From Leucoraja ocellata (Eukaryota), in NCBI GenBank assembly GCA_036785375.1, contig JAWMAR010000006.1, positions 6,758,001-6,822,000 on the forward strand: 64,000 nucleotides of DNA, in the 5' to 3' direction. A program made the translations under genes and the position numbers. This document shows, piece after piece, positions 19,896 through 32,249 of the stretch; position 1 is the first letter of the stretch; every line of letters begins with the position of its first letter. The notes beneath the pieces were generated by a model, which was not told the origin of the DNA, did no database searches, and was given only the letters and a program-made list of their open reading frames with translations.

Positions 19896-22524
19896 GACGA
19901 GTGTGTTATTCATTTCCTTAACTTTCGTGTCAGCTATCCACCAAAAATCTTTTCCAGGCTCACAGTCCGTCTTCAGTTTTTACCTCCCTCCCACCCTCGG
20001 GGTGAGATGGGGCGAGGAAACAAGCCCTCGAGTTAATGAGAACCACGAATAAAATTTAAAAAACGGATCCCCAGGGAATAGGTGTAAGTCAAATTTGTAA
20101 TGCTTCTGTCTTGACATGGTCTCCGTCAGCTGGAAGGAACGAGGCCCTGTCACTCATTCTGCCCCGCGTTTTTTAGGAGACAGCTCCCCCCCCCCCCCCC
20201 CCAAGAAACATGCCTTCTCTTGTTCCGTTGCAGCTCCGCAACTAACGCTGTGCCACCCAAATCTGCAAATTAATTTAAATTACATCATCACTTATCCCTA
20301 CAAATTTCAGTAAAAATTTTCTTTGTTTTTTTTAACAACCCTTGGCGTCTCAGCATTATTTGAAAAGCTGAAAGGAGAAGCACAACTTTTAAAATACTAA
20401 TGAAATGCTCAATAAAACGAGACCTCCTGTTTCTTCACACAATGTATTATTAACCAAGTGAGAGCCGACAGGCAGAAGAATACTGTTTAGTTTAGAGAAA
20501 GGCATTACATTTCATACAAATGTATATTATTTGATGGAAGCAATTTTAAAGGATGAAACTACATTCTGGCATGTCTGGGAGGGAGGAATGACGTGGGAAA
20601 GGTTTTAAATGGGATGAATTCCAGATGTAATGGCTATTTCTTAACTTTCCAATGTCCAACTTTTGATCGTCATTACTACTCTGGGATGTAGAAGAGATAT
20701 AGCTACTCGCAGATAGTAAAAACAAATCTTCCAGGTGTTATTTCTTGATTAATTGGTCCTTTATTGAAGTAGTACAAACAAGGAAGTGATTCTTATCAAG
20801 TATTTCTTATTCCAACACATTGTTACTTTTAATTCTTACTGTTTCATCCGTGTCATGTCAAGTCATGTGGTAAAAACTGTTGTCTCCACCATCCCTCGAG
20901 GCTAAACTGACTCCCAATCTCTGTGGCCACGCTAGCCTCCTCAGATACAGACACGCTCTTCTATGTATCAAATTCCACCAACAAGCATACAAAAAAGATG
21001 AAACTAGAAATATCTAGACATGGCCGACACCAGACGTTTGAAGAAAAATGAAATGCTTACATTACAATTCAGCAACCAATTTATTTTATATACTATAGCA
21101 GATCACACGATAACAATTTACAGAGTGAAAATCAAATACTTTATTCATGGCATGTGATTTTGAGATTTAGGTTCTTCAGTAACTGATCACTAAACTGAGT
21201 TTGAGAGTTCTTTTCCCCCACTGACTGATTGACGGCCTATGTAAAATAATTCGTAAATTGTAGGTCGTCCACTGCTCTAAAGTGAAAAACAAAATGCAAC
21301 TAGCCAATTCTTCTGCAAGATCTGAAATCAGGTTGTGATTTTGTATGTAGACTTGATCACGCAAGATATATTTGGGAAATAAATTGTAGGATTGCACATT
21401 TACATTGAAATTTCATTTCATAACGTTTCCTCTAGTTCAAACTGCAACTCAGTAAGCCTTGACCCTTGGTAAAATGGCTTGTGTTTTCAGTCAACGCAAA
21501 TCCATTTCCCAATAGTGCAATGCTGTGAAGAAGACTTCATCATTCTTAGCAGCCACCTGCAGAAGTGGGAAGGTATACACCTGCGTAAGTGAACATGGAA
21601 CAGCTTTGAGAATGCGAGCACAATCACAGGATTAAAGAGATACATTTTTGTACATCTGACTGTGGCAAAAACAAGGCATTGCAAAATTGTCTCATTGCAG
21701 AAAATGCTCAATTCAAGATTTTGAGTTCATTTGAAAACCTTCAAACGAAGCATTTATTCATGTATTTCCTATTCATTGTATGGCGTTCTATGATGTCGGA
21801 GTATTCACCAATTCAGGAGTCCAATTGCTTTTCAACAGTTTTCAGCTAAGAAGCTACTTCATTTTCACGTTCTATGTTCGTGTAGCCGATTTGTCAACAA
21901 ATACAAATCCCTTTCATTTCTTTCCAGTTGGTTTCAGCATAAAAACCGAGTTTCTTTGAAACGGCTCCAAAAGCCTGGGCTGCAGCTGCATAGGCTGCTA
22001 TGATACGCAGCACATCGATCAGGAATGTCCTGGATTAGTTCCGCAGAGCCCAATGATTTATTTGGTGGTAGTTCATGAGCTACACCTGGTGTCACTACAC
22101 ATGGAGCATACACAGGGAGAGGCAAGTATGGGTGGGGGGTGGGGAACAAAAACTCTGGATCCTTGTTTCACACAACTAATAGAAAGGGAAACATGGATGA
22201 ATCACGTTCAATGGATGAGTGGCCACATCTTGACATCTCGCAACAGAACGTGATGAAGATACTGTAATGGTTGCACATGGGAGAGGCGTCACCTTTGTGA
22301 AAGGTGAGGAAAAGGTTGAACATTAAAAAAAGGAGCAACCATTTATGATTTACAGGAGTGACCCGTTCAAAGAGACAGACATCATGTCCAGCCAATATTT
22401 ATCCTTATTTCTATATTCCATGTATTTCCATGACATAAGAGACCAGTTAAAGCATCAAGTTAACACCCGCTCAGACCAATTCCATTTAGTCAGTAATTTT
22501 TACTGTAACCTATTCTTTCCCCAT

Positions 22525-22760
22525 TAGTTCAGTTTAGAGGTACAGCGAGGAAACAGGCTGTTTGGCCACCAAGTCCGCGCCGTCCAGCGACCCCCTCACA
22601 CTAACACTATTCTACACACACTAGCGGCAAGTTACAATTATACCAAGCCAATTAACCTACAAACCTGTACATCTTTGGAGTGTGGTAGGAAACCGGAGCA
22701 CCATTTCCTCTCTCCATAGATGCTGCCTCACCCGCTGAGTTTCTCCAGCATTTTTTGTCT
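22525..22760 (-). mobile_element. Truncated V-SINE joined to a Penelope-terminus repeat fragment
   Basis: SINE body to ~22700, then ctccatagatgctgcctcacccgctgagtttctccagca. Confidence 0.65.
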
Positions 22761-23109
22761 ACCAGATTAAACGAATCTCACTTTCTTTGTACACGTTCCA
22801 TACCTCTCCATTCCCCATATACTCAACTGCCCATGCGAAAGTCTCTTAAATGCCACTATTGTACTTATTTCCACATCTCTCCTGGTAGTGCTTTCCAAGT
22901 ACCTACCATTCTCAATGTGTACCTTGCTCATCTCCTTTAAACTTTCTCCTCTCATCTTAAAGCAATGCTCTCTAGTATTTGACTTTCTCACCTTGGGAAA
23001 AACATTCTGACTGTTTATGTTATCTATACCTTTCATAATTAAACAGTTCTATCAGGTTTCTATATCAGCCCCTAATGTTCCAGAGAAAACAATTCAACAT
23101 TGTCCAGCA

Positions 23110-25953
23110 CAAGGGGTGGGGAATGTTTTCATGTTGGAAGACCGCATTAAGTAAGCTGTAATCTAATAAGGCCGCATCCAAGAAACTTCAATTAGATATA
23201 CTTCAAACTGTACATTTTGTAAAAATCAAACTACTATGTACTCAAGAAAATGAAAACATTTTGTTAATTCTAAAGTTATCTAACCTTTTAATTACTTTGT
23301 TGTGACTGCTTTTTGTGGGAAAGCATTTGAATATTTGGTTGCAACATGGGGGTACGCAGTTTCAACCGATCTTCTAGGTGGGTATCCGTCATTTGTGACC
23401 TTAAGAGCGTATTGATTTGGATTAGGTAGGAGAATGTAGACTCACAGCAATAAGTGATTGAAAAGCAAGAAAGCATTTTTCGTGCATGTTGCCGAAGACG
23501 TGGGTATTCTATTGTATTTTTCCATATTTCAATCGGATCTTTCTTAGCGTCAAATAAGGACTTTAAAATGTTATCTTCTGAGAGCTCAATCAATTCCATC
23601 TGTAGTTCTTTAGGAGCCTTGGAGACATCAACTAGGTTGAGGTTGAAATGCTAATTTGAGTGTGATGTCATGATTCTCAAAGTCAGTGAACCTTTCATGG
23701 TATTCTCTAATTAATACGTCTATAACAGCTGCATATTCTTCAAATGATTCGCATGAATCCTCCTGCTCATCAATGACCTTCGCTAACTGGGAAAATGTGC
23801 ATCCAAAATTTCATAAGAGTTTTGAAAAAAGATAGCTTTTACCTTGCAAAGAAACATTCAAGTCATTTTGCTTTGACATGATATCACACAGAAATGCAGT
23901 ATTTCTATAGAAACCACCTTTCTGATTCTGTTCCTCATGAAATTAAACTACCTGTTCTCGCCAAGATAAAATAAATTGCTAACACCTGTCCCTGCGATAG
24001 CCAACGCACTTTACAATGATACAGCAAATCCACACTGAATGCCTCATCGTCCAACTCTAGCATATTACAAAACTGACGATGCCCTGTTCCATTTGCATGA
24101 ACAATACTTATAACTTGTTGCAAAGTGTCACTTCAAATAGTAGATTTAGCACAGAGATTTTGCTGATGTAAGATACAGTGAAAAGAAATGAGAGCATCTG
24201 GATCTGGTAATACCTTTTTTATCTGTGCAATAAACCCTTCACGCTTTCCTGTCATGGGAGGTGCACTGTCTGTACATACACTCACTAAATTAAACAAATC
24301 CAGTCCAACTTCACATTTATCTTGAAAGTTGTTGAAGAAATCTATTCCTTGTGTTCTGCCCGTAAGAGTGCCCAAAGCGAGTAACTCTTCGTAGCAAAGA
24401 AAATTTTCTGTTATGGCCCGCAAATCTTCCGTTGTTATGCCGTTGGGTCCCTCGGGTACTTCCATCCTGTGCGACGTGTCCACAGGCCAGCTGCGGCCTG
24501 ATGTTCCGGCGGCCTGGCAGCGTCGCGTGTTCGATGTCATCCACGGGCTGGCTCACCCGTCTATCTGAGCTAGGTTTGCCATGGTGGCCGCGAGGTTTAT
24601 ATGGCACAGGCTGCGGACTCAAGTCGGACCTGGGCCCGGGGCGTGCATTCCGTGCCAAACATCTAAGGTACATCGAAACGTCCGGGTGCTGGTTCAAAAT
24701 GTTGCGGTGCCACGCCGGCGGTTCAAACACGTGCACATCGTGGGGCCACTGCCTCAGTCCCGCACCTGCTGACGGTGGGGGACAGTTTTGCGCGGTGGCC
24801 AGAGGCCATCCCGCTAATGGACACTTCCGCCCAGTCGTGCACTCGTGGCTAACCGCTTCGGGGTTCCTCTAGACATCACATCAAACCGGGGAGCCCAGTT
24901 CACTTCTGAACTGTGGTCCGCGATGGCCCGCCTGCTGGGGACGCAGCTCCACCATTCGACAGCGTACCATCCCCAGTCGAATGGGTTGGTGGAGCGGTTC
25001 CACTGCCGTCTGAAGGACGCCCTGAAAACTTGCCTCACGGGCCCTGACTGGATGGACGAGTTGCCATGGGTCCTGTTGGGGATTCGGACTGCCCCCAAGG
25101 AGGATTTGTCATCACCCTCGGTGGAACTGTGTATGGCGCTCCGCTCACTGTCCCCGGGGAGTTTGTCCCGGCCGATTACGGGTCCCGGTAACCACCGCCA
25201 TGTGCTGGTGCACTTGCAGGAGAGGGTTGGAGCCCTGGCTTCCGTCCCGACGTCTCGTGATGGGGTGGCCCCATCCCATGTGCCACCGGCACTGGTGGAC
25301 TGTCCGTATGTCTTTCTGCGGGATGGCCCCATCCCACAGGCCACCCTTGCAGCGCCCTTATGAAGGTCACTTTCGGGTGCTGCAGCATGGGCACACGAAA
25401 TTCGTCTTGGACTTGGGAGGCCAGCAGGAAACTGTATCCGTGGCTCGTTTAAAAACAGCCCATCTGGACCTGAGCGAGCCAGTACAGGTGGCTCAACCTC
25501 CCTGTCGCGGGCGCCCGTCGTCCCGGGTCCCCTTGAATTATTCCGGTCCGGGCAAGTCCCCTGTGCGAGGGGACGTATCTACGCGATCTGGCCGCCTCAT
25601 TCGGCGTAGAGTGAACCCTCGGCTCTGGAGGGAGGAGTTATGTGTCTCGGTGTGGGAGGCGCAGGTCACGGGGTTGACCCTTAGGGGTATTTAAGGTCGG
25701 GCAACGCCCATGACCATTTGAGGAGTAGGGAGCTGTATCTTATCGATTAAAACGCATCTCATGCACACACTTGTGTCTGCTTAGATTTTGGCTGGACTCC
25801 TGTGAGTCCCCTGTATAATACGTTCATTTTAAGATAAAAATATTAATACAAATAAAAGGATTTGTTCTACAAAATTTGGATTCATTCAAAAGGTCGCACT
25901 TAATGGGGTAGAAGGTCGCATGCGGCATTAAGGCCGCAGGTTCCCCACCCCTG
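23110..25953 (-). mobile_element. hAT (Charlie/SPIN-like) DNA transposon with TIRs and 8-bp TSD, internally disrupted
   Basis: TIR ca(a)ggggtggggaa / ttccccacccctg; TSD GTCCAGCA at 23102-23109 and 25954-25961; motifs VCTDSAPPMTG, FHCILHQQNLCA, HCKVRWLS, TYCCESTFS. Confidence 0.92.
24412..25822 (+). mobile_element. Gypsy/Ty3 LTR retrotransposon fragment: integrase, polypurine tract and short 3' LTR (~25641-25822)
   Basis: HHCC remnant (IHGLAH...CIPCQ), RFGVP..ITSNRGAQFTSELW...TAYHPQSNGLVERFH, RPYEG.F.VL; purine tract ggagggaggag before TG. Confidence 0.9.
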
Positions 25954-26481
25954 GTCCAGCATCTCTCACAGCTAATACTCTTTAATCTAAGCAGCATCCT
26001 GATAAACCTTTTCTGAATCCCCTCCAAAGCCTTCACATCCGTACCTGTAAAGGGACAATAAGAAATGCGTGCAATATTTCAAATTCAGCCTAAACAAAGT
26101 TGTTGTGGGGCTGCACTTTAATACAAGGAACCCCAGATGCTGGTTTGCAAAAATAATGACACAATGTGCTGGAGTAACTCAGTGACTCAGATAGCATCTC
26201 TGGAGAACATACTGTAGACGGGTGACGTTTTGGGTCAGGAGCTTTCTTCAGTGTTTGTGGTGGGGTGAGAGGGGAGAATGAAAGCTGGAAGGGGCAGGGT
26301 AGAGCCTGGATGGGGGAGTGGGGGCAGATATTGGACAAAGGTCAGAGATGAAAAGACAGAAGGTGTGAGACAAGAGGATTGAAGAGTTGCAAATGGTGGA
26401 GCTAGTGGAAGGAATGTAGGTGGTTGGGGAGGCGAAAAATAGGTGCGAGTCCAGGTGGGCTACAGAGGAGGGCGGGCGAGC

Positions 26482-26544
<63 letters not shown>

Positions 26545-26545
26545 G
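26482..26545. repeat. (TG)n microsatellite followed by poly-G
   Basis: Read directly from the sequence. Confidence 0.95.
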
Positions 26546-28266
26546 TTGGGGTGGTTGCTATTTACTTAAAATTTGAAAATTCGATGTTCATACCATTGGG
26601 TTGCAGGCAACCCAAGCCTGGCAATGAAGAAGGCCCAGAATAGGAAGGGTAGAGGAGTAAAAATGCTTAGCAACCAGGACATCCAATAGGTGTTGATGGG
26701 CTAAGTGCAAAAGTTCTGCAAAATGGACGCAGGGTCTTTGCTTGGTATTACCGATGTACAGAAGGCTACCCCTGGAGCACCAGATCCAGGAGGTGCTCAT
26801 GAATCTTTGTCTCACCTCGAAGGACCGTTGGGATCCCTAAATGGAAGTGAGGACGGAGGTATAGTGACAGGTGACAAATCTCCTGTAATTGTAGAGGAAA
26901 GTACCAGACAAGGGATGGTTTGGGCTGGAGATGAGTGAACCAGAGTTGCAGAGAGTAGTCTCTGTGGAAGACGGAAAGGGGTGGGGTTGGGAAGGCATGA
27001 ATGGTGGTGGGATCACATTGGAGATGGAAATGTCAGAGAATGATGTCTCATCCATTCCCATCCCCCCACACACACCCCTGACATCAGTCTGAAGAACGGT
27101 CTCAACCAGAAACATCATCCATTCCTTCTCTCCAGAGATGCTGCCTGTCCCTCTGACTTACACCAGCATTTTGTGTCCACCTTCAGAGAATGATGTGCCA
27201 GGTGTGAAGTCTGGTGGGGTGAAAGTTGCAGACCTGGGTAACTCTATCTTAGTTCCATCTGGGTGGAGTTGCAGTGAGAGGAGAACTACAGTGCACAGAG
27301 GAGACACAGGTGAGGGATCCATCTTTGACAGCAGGGGGGGAAACCACATTTACTAAAGAAAGAGGACATCTCTGATGACCTAGAATGGAAAGTCTCATCT
27401 TGGGAGCAGATGTGGCGGATAGGGAAATTGGGAGTAGGCAGGGTTAGAAGACGTGTAGATCAGATAATCGTGGGAGTCAGTGGGTTTATACAGTAGTAGA
27501 CGTCATTCAATAGTCTGCTATGAGGGAGATAAAGAGATCACGAAAGGAGAGAGGTGTCAGATATGGTCCAAATGGATGAGGGCAGGGTAGATGTTAGTGG
27601 TGAACTTAATGCAATCAACAAGTTAATGCAGGTACAGGAAGCAGCCCTGATGTAGTTATTGACGTAGCAGAGAATGAGTTGGGGGATGGTGCCTAATTGG
27701 AAACAAGGATTGCTTGATATAACCAACAAAAAAGGCAGGCATAGCTGGGGCTCATGCGAGTGCCCATGGCTAGACCTTTAAATTGAAGAAAGTGAGAGAA
27801 GTCAAGAAAAGTCGTTGAGGGTGAGGACAAATTCTGCCAGGTGGATATTGATTTGGGTCTCCATTCAAGGACAAACTGGAGGACCGTGTCACATTCCTGG
27901 TGGGGATGGAGGTGTAAAGTCAGTGGTTGTCAATGGTAAAGATGAGACCTGAGCTCCTGAAACTTGAAAGTCATTGAAGAGTTGAAGGGTGTTTGAGGTG
28001 TCTCAGATAGGTCAGGAGATGGACAAGAGGGGGATAGGTTCTGTGGGGCAGAGGCAATGGGGATACCAAGGCAGTCCGGTTTGTGGATTTTGAGAAGATA
28101 GAAGCAGGGAGTGCAGAGCTAGGGAACTATAAGGTTTGATGTTGTGGAGGGGCAATCGTCAAAGGAGATGAGATTGGAAACCTTCTGGGAGATGATTTTC
28201 TGGTGTTCGCCTGTGGGGATGTAGTGAAGGTCGGCGTTGGTAGGCCTGGCCTGGGGGAGTGCGGGA

Positions 28267-28688
28267 ATAGAAACATAGAAAATAGGTGTAGGAGTAGGCC
28301 ATTCGGCCCTTCGAGCCTGCACCGCCATTCAATATGATCATGGCTGATCATCCAACTCAGTATCCTGTATCTGCCTTCTCTCCATACCCCCTGATCCCTT
28401 TAGCCACAAGGGCCACATCTAACTCCCTCTTAAATATAGCCAATGAACTGGCCTCAACTACCTTCTGTGGCAGAGAATTCCAGAGATTCACCACTGTGTG
28501 AAAAATGTTTTTCTCATCTCGGTCCTAAAAGATTTCCCCCTTATCCTTAAACTGTGACCCCTTGTTCTGGACTTCCCCAACATCGGGAACAATCTTCCTG
28601 CATCTAGCCTGTCCAACCCCTTAAGAATTTTGTACGTTTCTATAAGATCCCCCCTCAATCTTCTAAATTCTAGCGAGTACAAGCCGAA
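28267..28688 (-). mobile_element. Young CR1/HER1-like LINE 3' end inserted in the Penelope copy
   Basis: GLYSLEFRRLRGDLIETYKILKGLDRLDAGRLFPMLGKSRTRGHSLRI; near-identical to 9930-10340. Confidence 0.9.
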
Positions 28689-29224
28689 TGTTGCGAAAGT
28701 CGTCAGTAGGTCCAACCAGGGTATAATTGGGGATGTAGTGAAGGTCGGTGTTGGTAGGCTCAACCTGGGAGCAGGTGGGGATGCCCTGGTTGGTGTTGTT
28801 AGTCCCAGTCTGGGAGAGGTTGGGGAGGCTGTGAGGGCCGGTGGTGGCGGTTCCTGTAGGCCCGGCCAGGAATGCGGTGAATTTTGTAGTCTGTAGGCCT
28901 GTGCTGTGAGCGATCAGGGATGTGGAGGGGTCAAGCAATAGCAGCTTCAGTGCACCCCTCACCTGTAAGTGGTCGGAGGCACAGTGAGCATGGTCGCTAC
29001 ATCTTCTAGCAGTGAAGGCGTTGCAGGTTTTGCCCTCATGTGTGATCCTACAGTGAAGCATCCGGCCTGAGGTCGGTCACGAGTGTGACTGTCGAGGATA
29101 GTCAGCGAAGAGACCGGTCTGGAGGCGAGCAGGCTTTGATCCTTGGTGGAGGTCAGGCAAGTGAGGAAGCATTGATTGAATGTTTCCACTCAATGCCCTG
29201 ACTGATGAAGGCATGCGTTCCATA

Positions 29225-30520
29225 AGCGTTCTTTACCACAATCTATTTGTGTCACTACTTTAAGGGAGCTATGGACTTGCACCCCTATATCAAGTCAAGT
29301 ATCCTTTATTGTCATTCAGACTTTTCAGTATGAACAAAATTTCGTGCCTTGCAGTCATAACATAGAATAAACTAACAAAACACACAATAAACACAGATTT
29401 AACATCCACCACAGTGAGTCCACCAAACCCTCCTCACTGTGATGGAAGGCAAAAGTTTTAAAGTCCATGTCTCTTCCCTCCTTGTTCTCCCTCTGCATTG
29501 AGGAGATCCAAACTTCCGATGTTGTGACCCCACCTGGTGATGGTAAGTCCCACGGCTGAATCCGAGCTCCGCAAACGGGCCGGTACAATCTCCGCGGCCT
29601 GGGGTGGTCGAAGACGCCAAAGCTGCCACCCTCCAGTCCAACCTGTGACCTGCGAGCTCCCGACGTTATCGTCCACTGAGCCCGCGGCCATGCCTCCGAG
29701 GCTCCGAAGTCGTGTCGCCGTCGCCACAGCCCCGAAGTCTGGTCGCCGCCGCCGCAACAGCCCCGAAGTCGGCCAGCCTCGCGTTGGTAAGTCCTGGCTG
29801 TCTCTGCCTCCGGAGCCTCGAGGTCGGTCCCAGTTGGAGGCCGCCAGGGAGCTATGGACTTGCACCCCTATATCCTTCTGTACATCAAAATGTTAAGTGT
29901 CCTGTTAACTGTATATGTTCCATTTATATTTCATCTCTCAAAACGCACCATCTCACATTTCCCCAGATAAACTCCATCTGCCATTTCTCTGCCTGTAACA
30001 GATCTATATCCCACTGTATTTTTTACAGCTTCCTTCACTATCCGCAACTCCACCTATTTTTGTGTCATCAACAAACTTACTATCCACTTTTTTGTCCAAG
30101 TAATTTATATATATATCGCAGCAGAGGGCCCGGCACAGATCCATGTGGAACACCACTGGTCACAGCCTCTTGCCAGAATGGCACATTTTCCCCACTACTT
30201 CAAAGTGGAAGCAAGTTGCAAATCCAGTCACTGTACCTCGATCTACTGGATCAGACAATGACAGACCTTGACGAATGCCTTACCAAAGTCCACGTCAACA
30301 ACATCCACAGCCCTACCCTCAATCACCTTCTTCACCTCCTCAAAAAATCTCAATCAAGTTTGCAAGACACACCTACTCTGGACAATGCTGTCAATAATTA
30401 ACCGATTGTCTTCGAAGCACAATTAAATACCATCCCTAAGCACTATCTCCAATAGCTTACACAGTACTGATGCGAGGTTCACTGGCCCACAATTTCCTGC
30501 ATTACCCTGATTTCACTTCC
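29225..30520 (-). mobile_element. Decayed CR1 RT-region fragment hosting a younger insertion
   Basis: Reverse strand carries RT-region motifs (gtgaccagtggtgttccac, gacaaaggcattc-like region, ggccagtgaacctc). Confidence 0.65.
29292..29845 (-). mobile_element. Non-coding retroposed element with (GACTT)n tail and 29-bp target duplication
   Basis: agggagctatggacttgcacccctatatc at 29263-29291 and 29846-29874; tail and AATAAA on the minus strand near 29292-29310. Confidence 0.75.
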
Positions 30521-32249
30521 TAATTATTAAGAATTCTCATTTTGGAATGTCTCATTGTGCAACTATTTTGAAATCCCACCAGGTTCATTATGTCTCTCAG
30601 GGATGCAATGTTTCCATCCTCATCTGAATGGTCTTTATGTCAACATGTTTGACTCTTAAATATTTCTTCATTGTGGGGAAATGAACTAAGGACAAGAAAT
30701 GAGAACTTTTATTAAGGACACAAGCATAAGTTAATAGCACCTCACCTGATACTAAATATTACCAGGTCCACGTCTCATGCTTAAAAATATTAAAACATAA
30801 ATATAATTTTATAGCCTATAAATTTGACCTCTGCTGTGGTGTTGGGAGGGATTTTTATGATGCGAGACTTTCCCTTGACTGAAATTGCACAGAACACTAA
30901 CTTATTTCCTGTTGGGCAACTCCTATTGGAATTAAATATCGATAGAAGAGAGATGAATACAACGCATCATGGAGAATAGAAAGGACTAGGTTTGCTTCTT
31001 GGTCTATGATAAAATGGCTGACCATAACTTGCTCTGCAAATGGCCTCAGCAATGGATTACAGATCACACCAATGTCTATGTTACACATCATCATTCAGTC
31101 TTCCACTACCTCAGCTTTGCAAGGTTTGTTCTTTCAATAGTTTCTCTTTAGTCTACCGAAAAAACTTTAATTTTCAGTTCCTTTATTAAAGTTTATAAAA
31201 CAAATTTGGCAACGTGAAATAAAAAGCTTGTTGTTGCTTGCTGCCCTGGTTTACACATCAACAATATGCAGTCAGCTGAAGTATCAGAGGGTTGCATTTA
31301 AATTACGCCAATTACTTGCTAGTGCCCTCAACCAGAGTCCCCATTTCACGTCCCTTCTCCCAATTCCTTTCTTAACTGGACCTTTCCTCATTCTTTTCAC
31401 TGGTGCATTTTCAAAACTCTTTGATCCACGTCCACTACATAACCTACTTTATTAATGGTTATGAATTGCGACATTCATTAGATTGTTCTTCCCCCGTTGG
31501 CCAATGGCCAGAATCCATTGTTATGGCATTACCACTTAGTCATCGGTATATTTCTTGCTTTTCATGGTTTGTGTAATATTGGGAATTATTTCCCAATTGA
31601 ACCAAGGGGCACAGGCCTTTTTTAAAAAATAGAGGTGCCACACACAAGATGGAAGGACTGTCAGTGGAAATGCTTAGACATACTAACTCATTTGTAAACA
31701 ATGAAAATGAACACAAACATACAAATTCTTGAAAAGTGTATTCTTACCTGTAACAAGGGGTCCACAATCAAGCCAGGAAGTTTTTGCCAAATAAGTGGTG
31801 TAGTTCACATCAGATTGTTAATCCTTTGCATCAGCTCCACTGATAATGCCACCAGCGCTAACTATTTATGCAACAAAATTAAAAAAGCCAAATAGAAAGA
31901 CAAATTAAACCATTCCATCCATCAGAAGCAGTCAGTGGTTAAAATTTAAACAGTGTACTAATTCTTAAGCAGTGGACCTAAATTCTGAAATGTCAGACAA
32001 CCCTTATTTAAAAAACATATCTGTACTTCAGATGTGTCAGCTTCTCCCAGGTTTTTTGCTTATATGAATTAATTGAGCTATTTAGTAGGAATTTAGTGGA
32101 ATTCTTAGGTATAGCTCCTCCGCAGTCAGTTTGAAAATGCCCATTTCCAAATTTAAAAAGGTTCTGCAAACCCATCCAACACTACTTTGAAGATATCCGC
32201 CATACATGTAACTGGGCCATGGCAATAATTGAAAATAAAATCAGTAGAT

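Larger units (their letters stand above)
22770..26110 (-). mobile_element. CR1 3' fragment split by the hAT insertion (parts ~22770-23109 and ~25954-26110)
   Basis: ORF 22767-23036 (MKGID...FPKV.KSNTREH.FK) and ORF 25824-26036 (ALEGIQKRFIRML..LKSIS) are consecutive CR1 ORF2 pieces. Confidence 0.75.
26120..29200 (-). mobile_element. Decayed Penelope-like element
   Basis: GIY-YIG remnant LLYIGNTKQR...FAELL...VAKHF (26588-26815), RT-region remnants, terminal hammerhead-type modules at ~26220 and ~27085. Confidence 0.7.

Noticed and set aside
21934-22395. Two Cys-rich minus-strand ORFs in the same frame separated by one TGA (possible selenocysteine or readthrough)
   Set aside because: No recognisable protein family, no SECIS seen; same-frame adjacency has a one-in-three chance
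29712-30401. 229-aa ORF, the longest in the track
   Set aside because: Spans a retroposon junction and the antisense strand of a CR1 RT region
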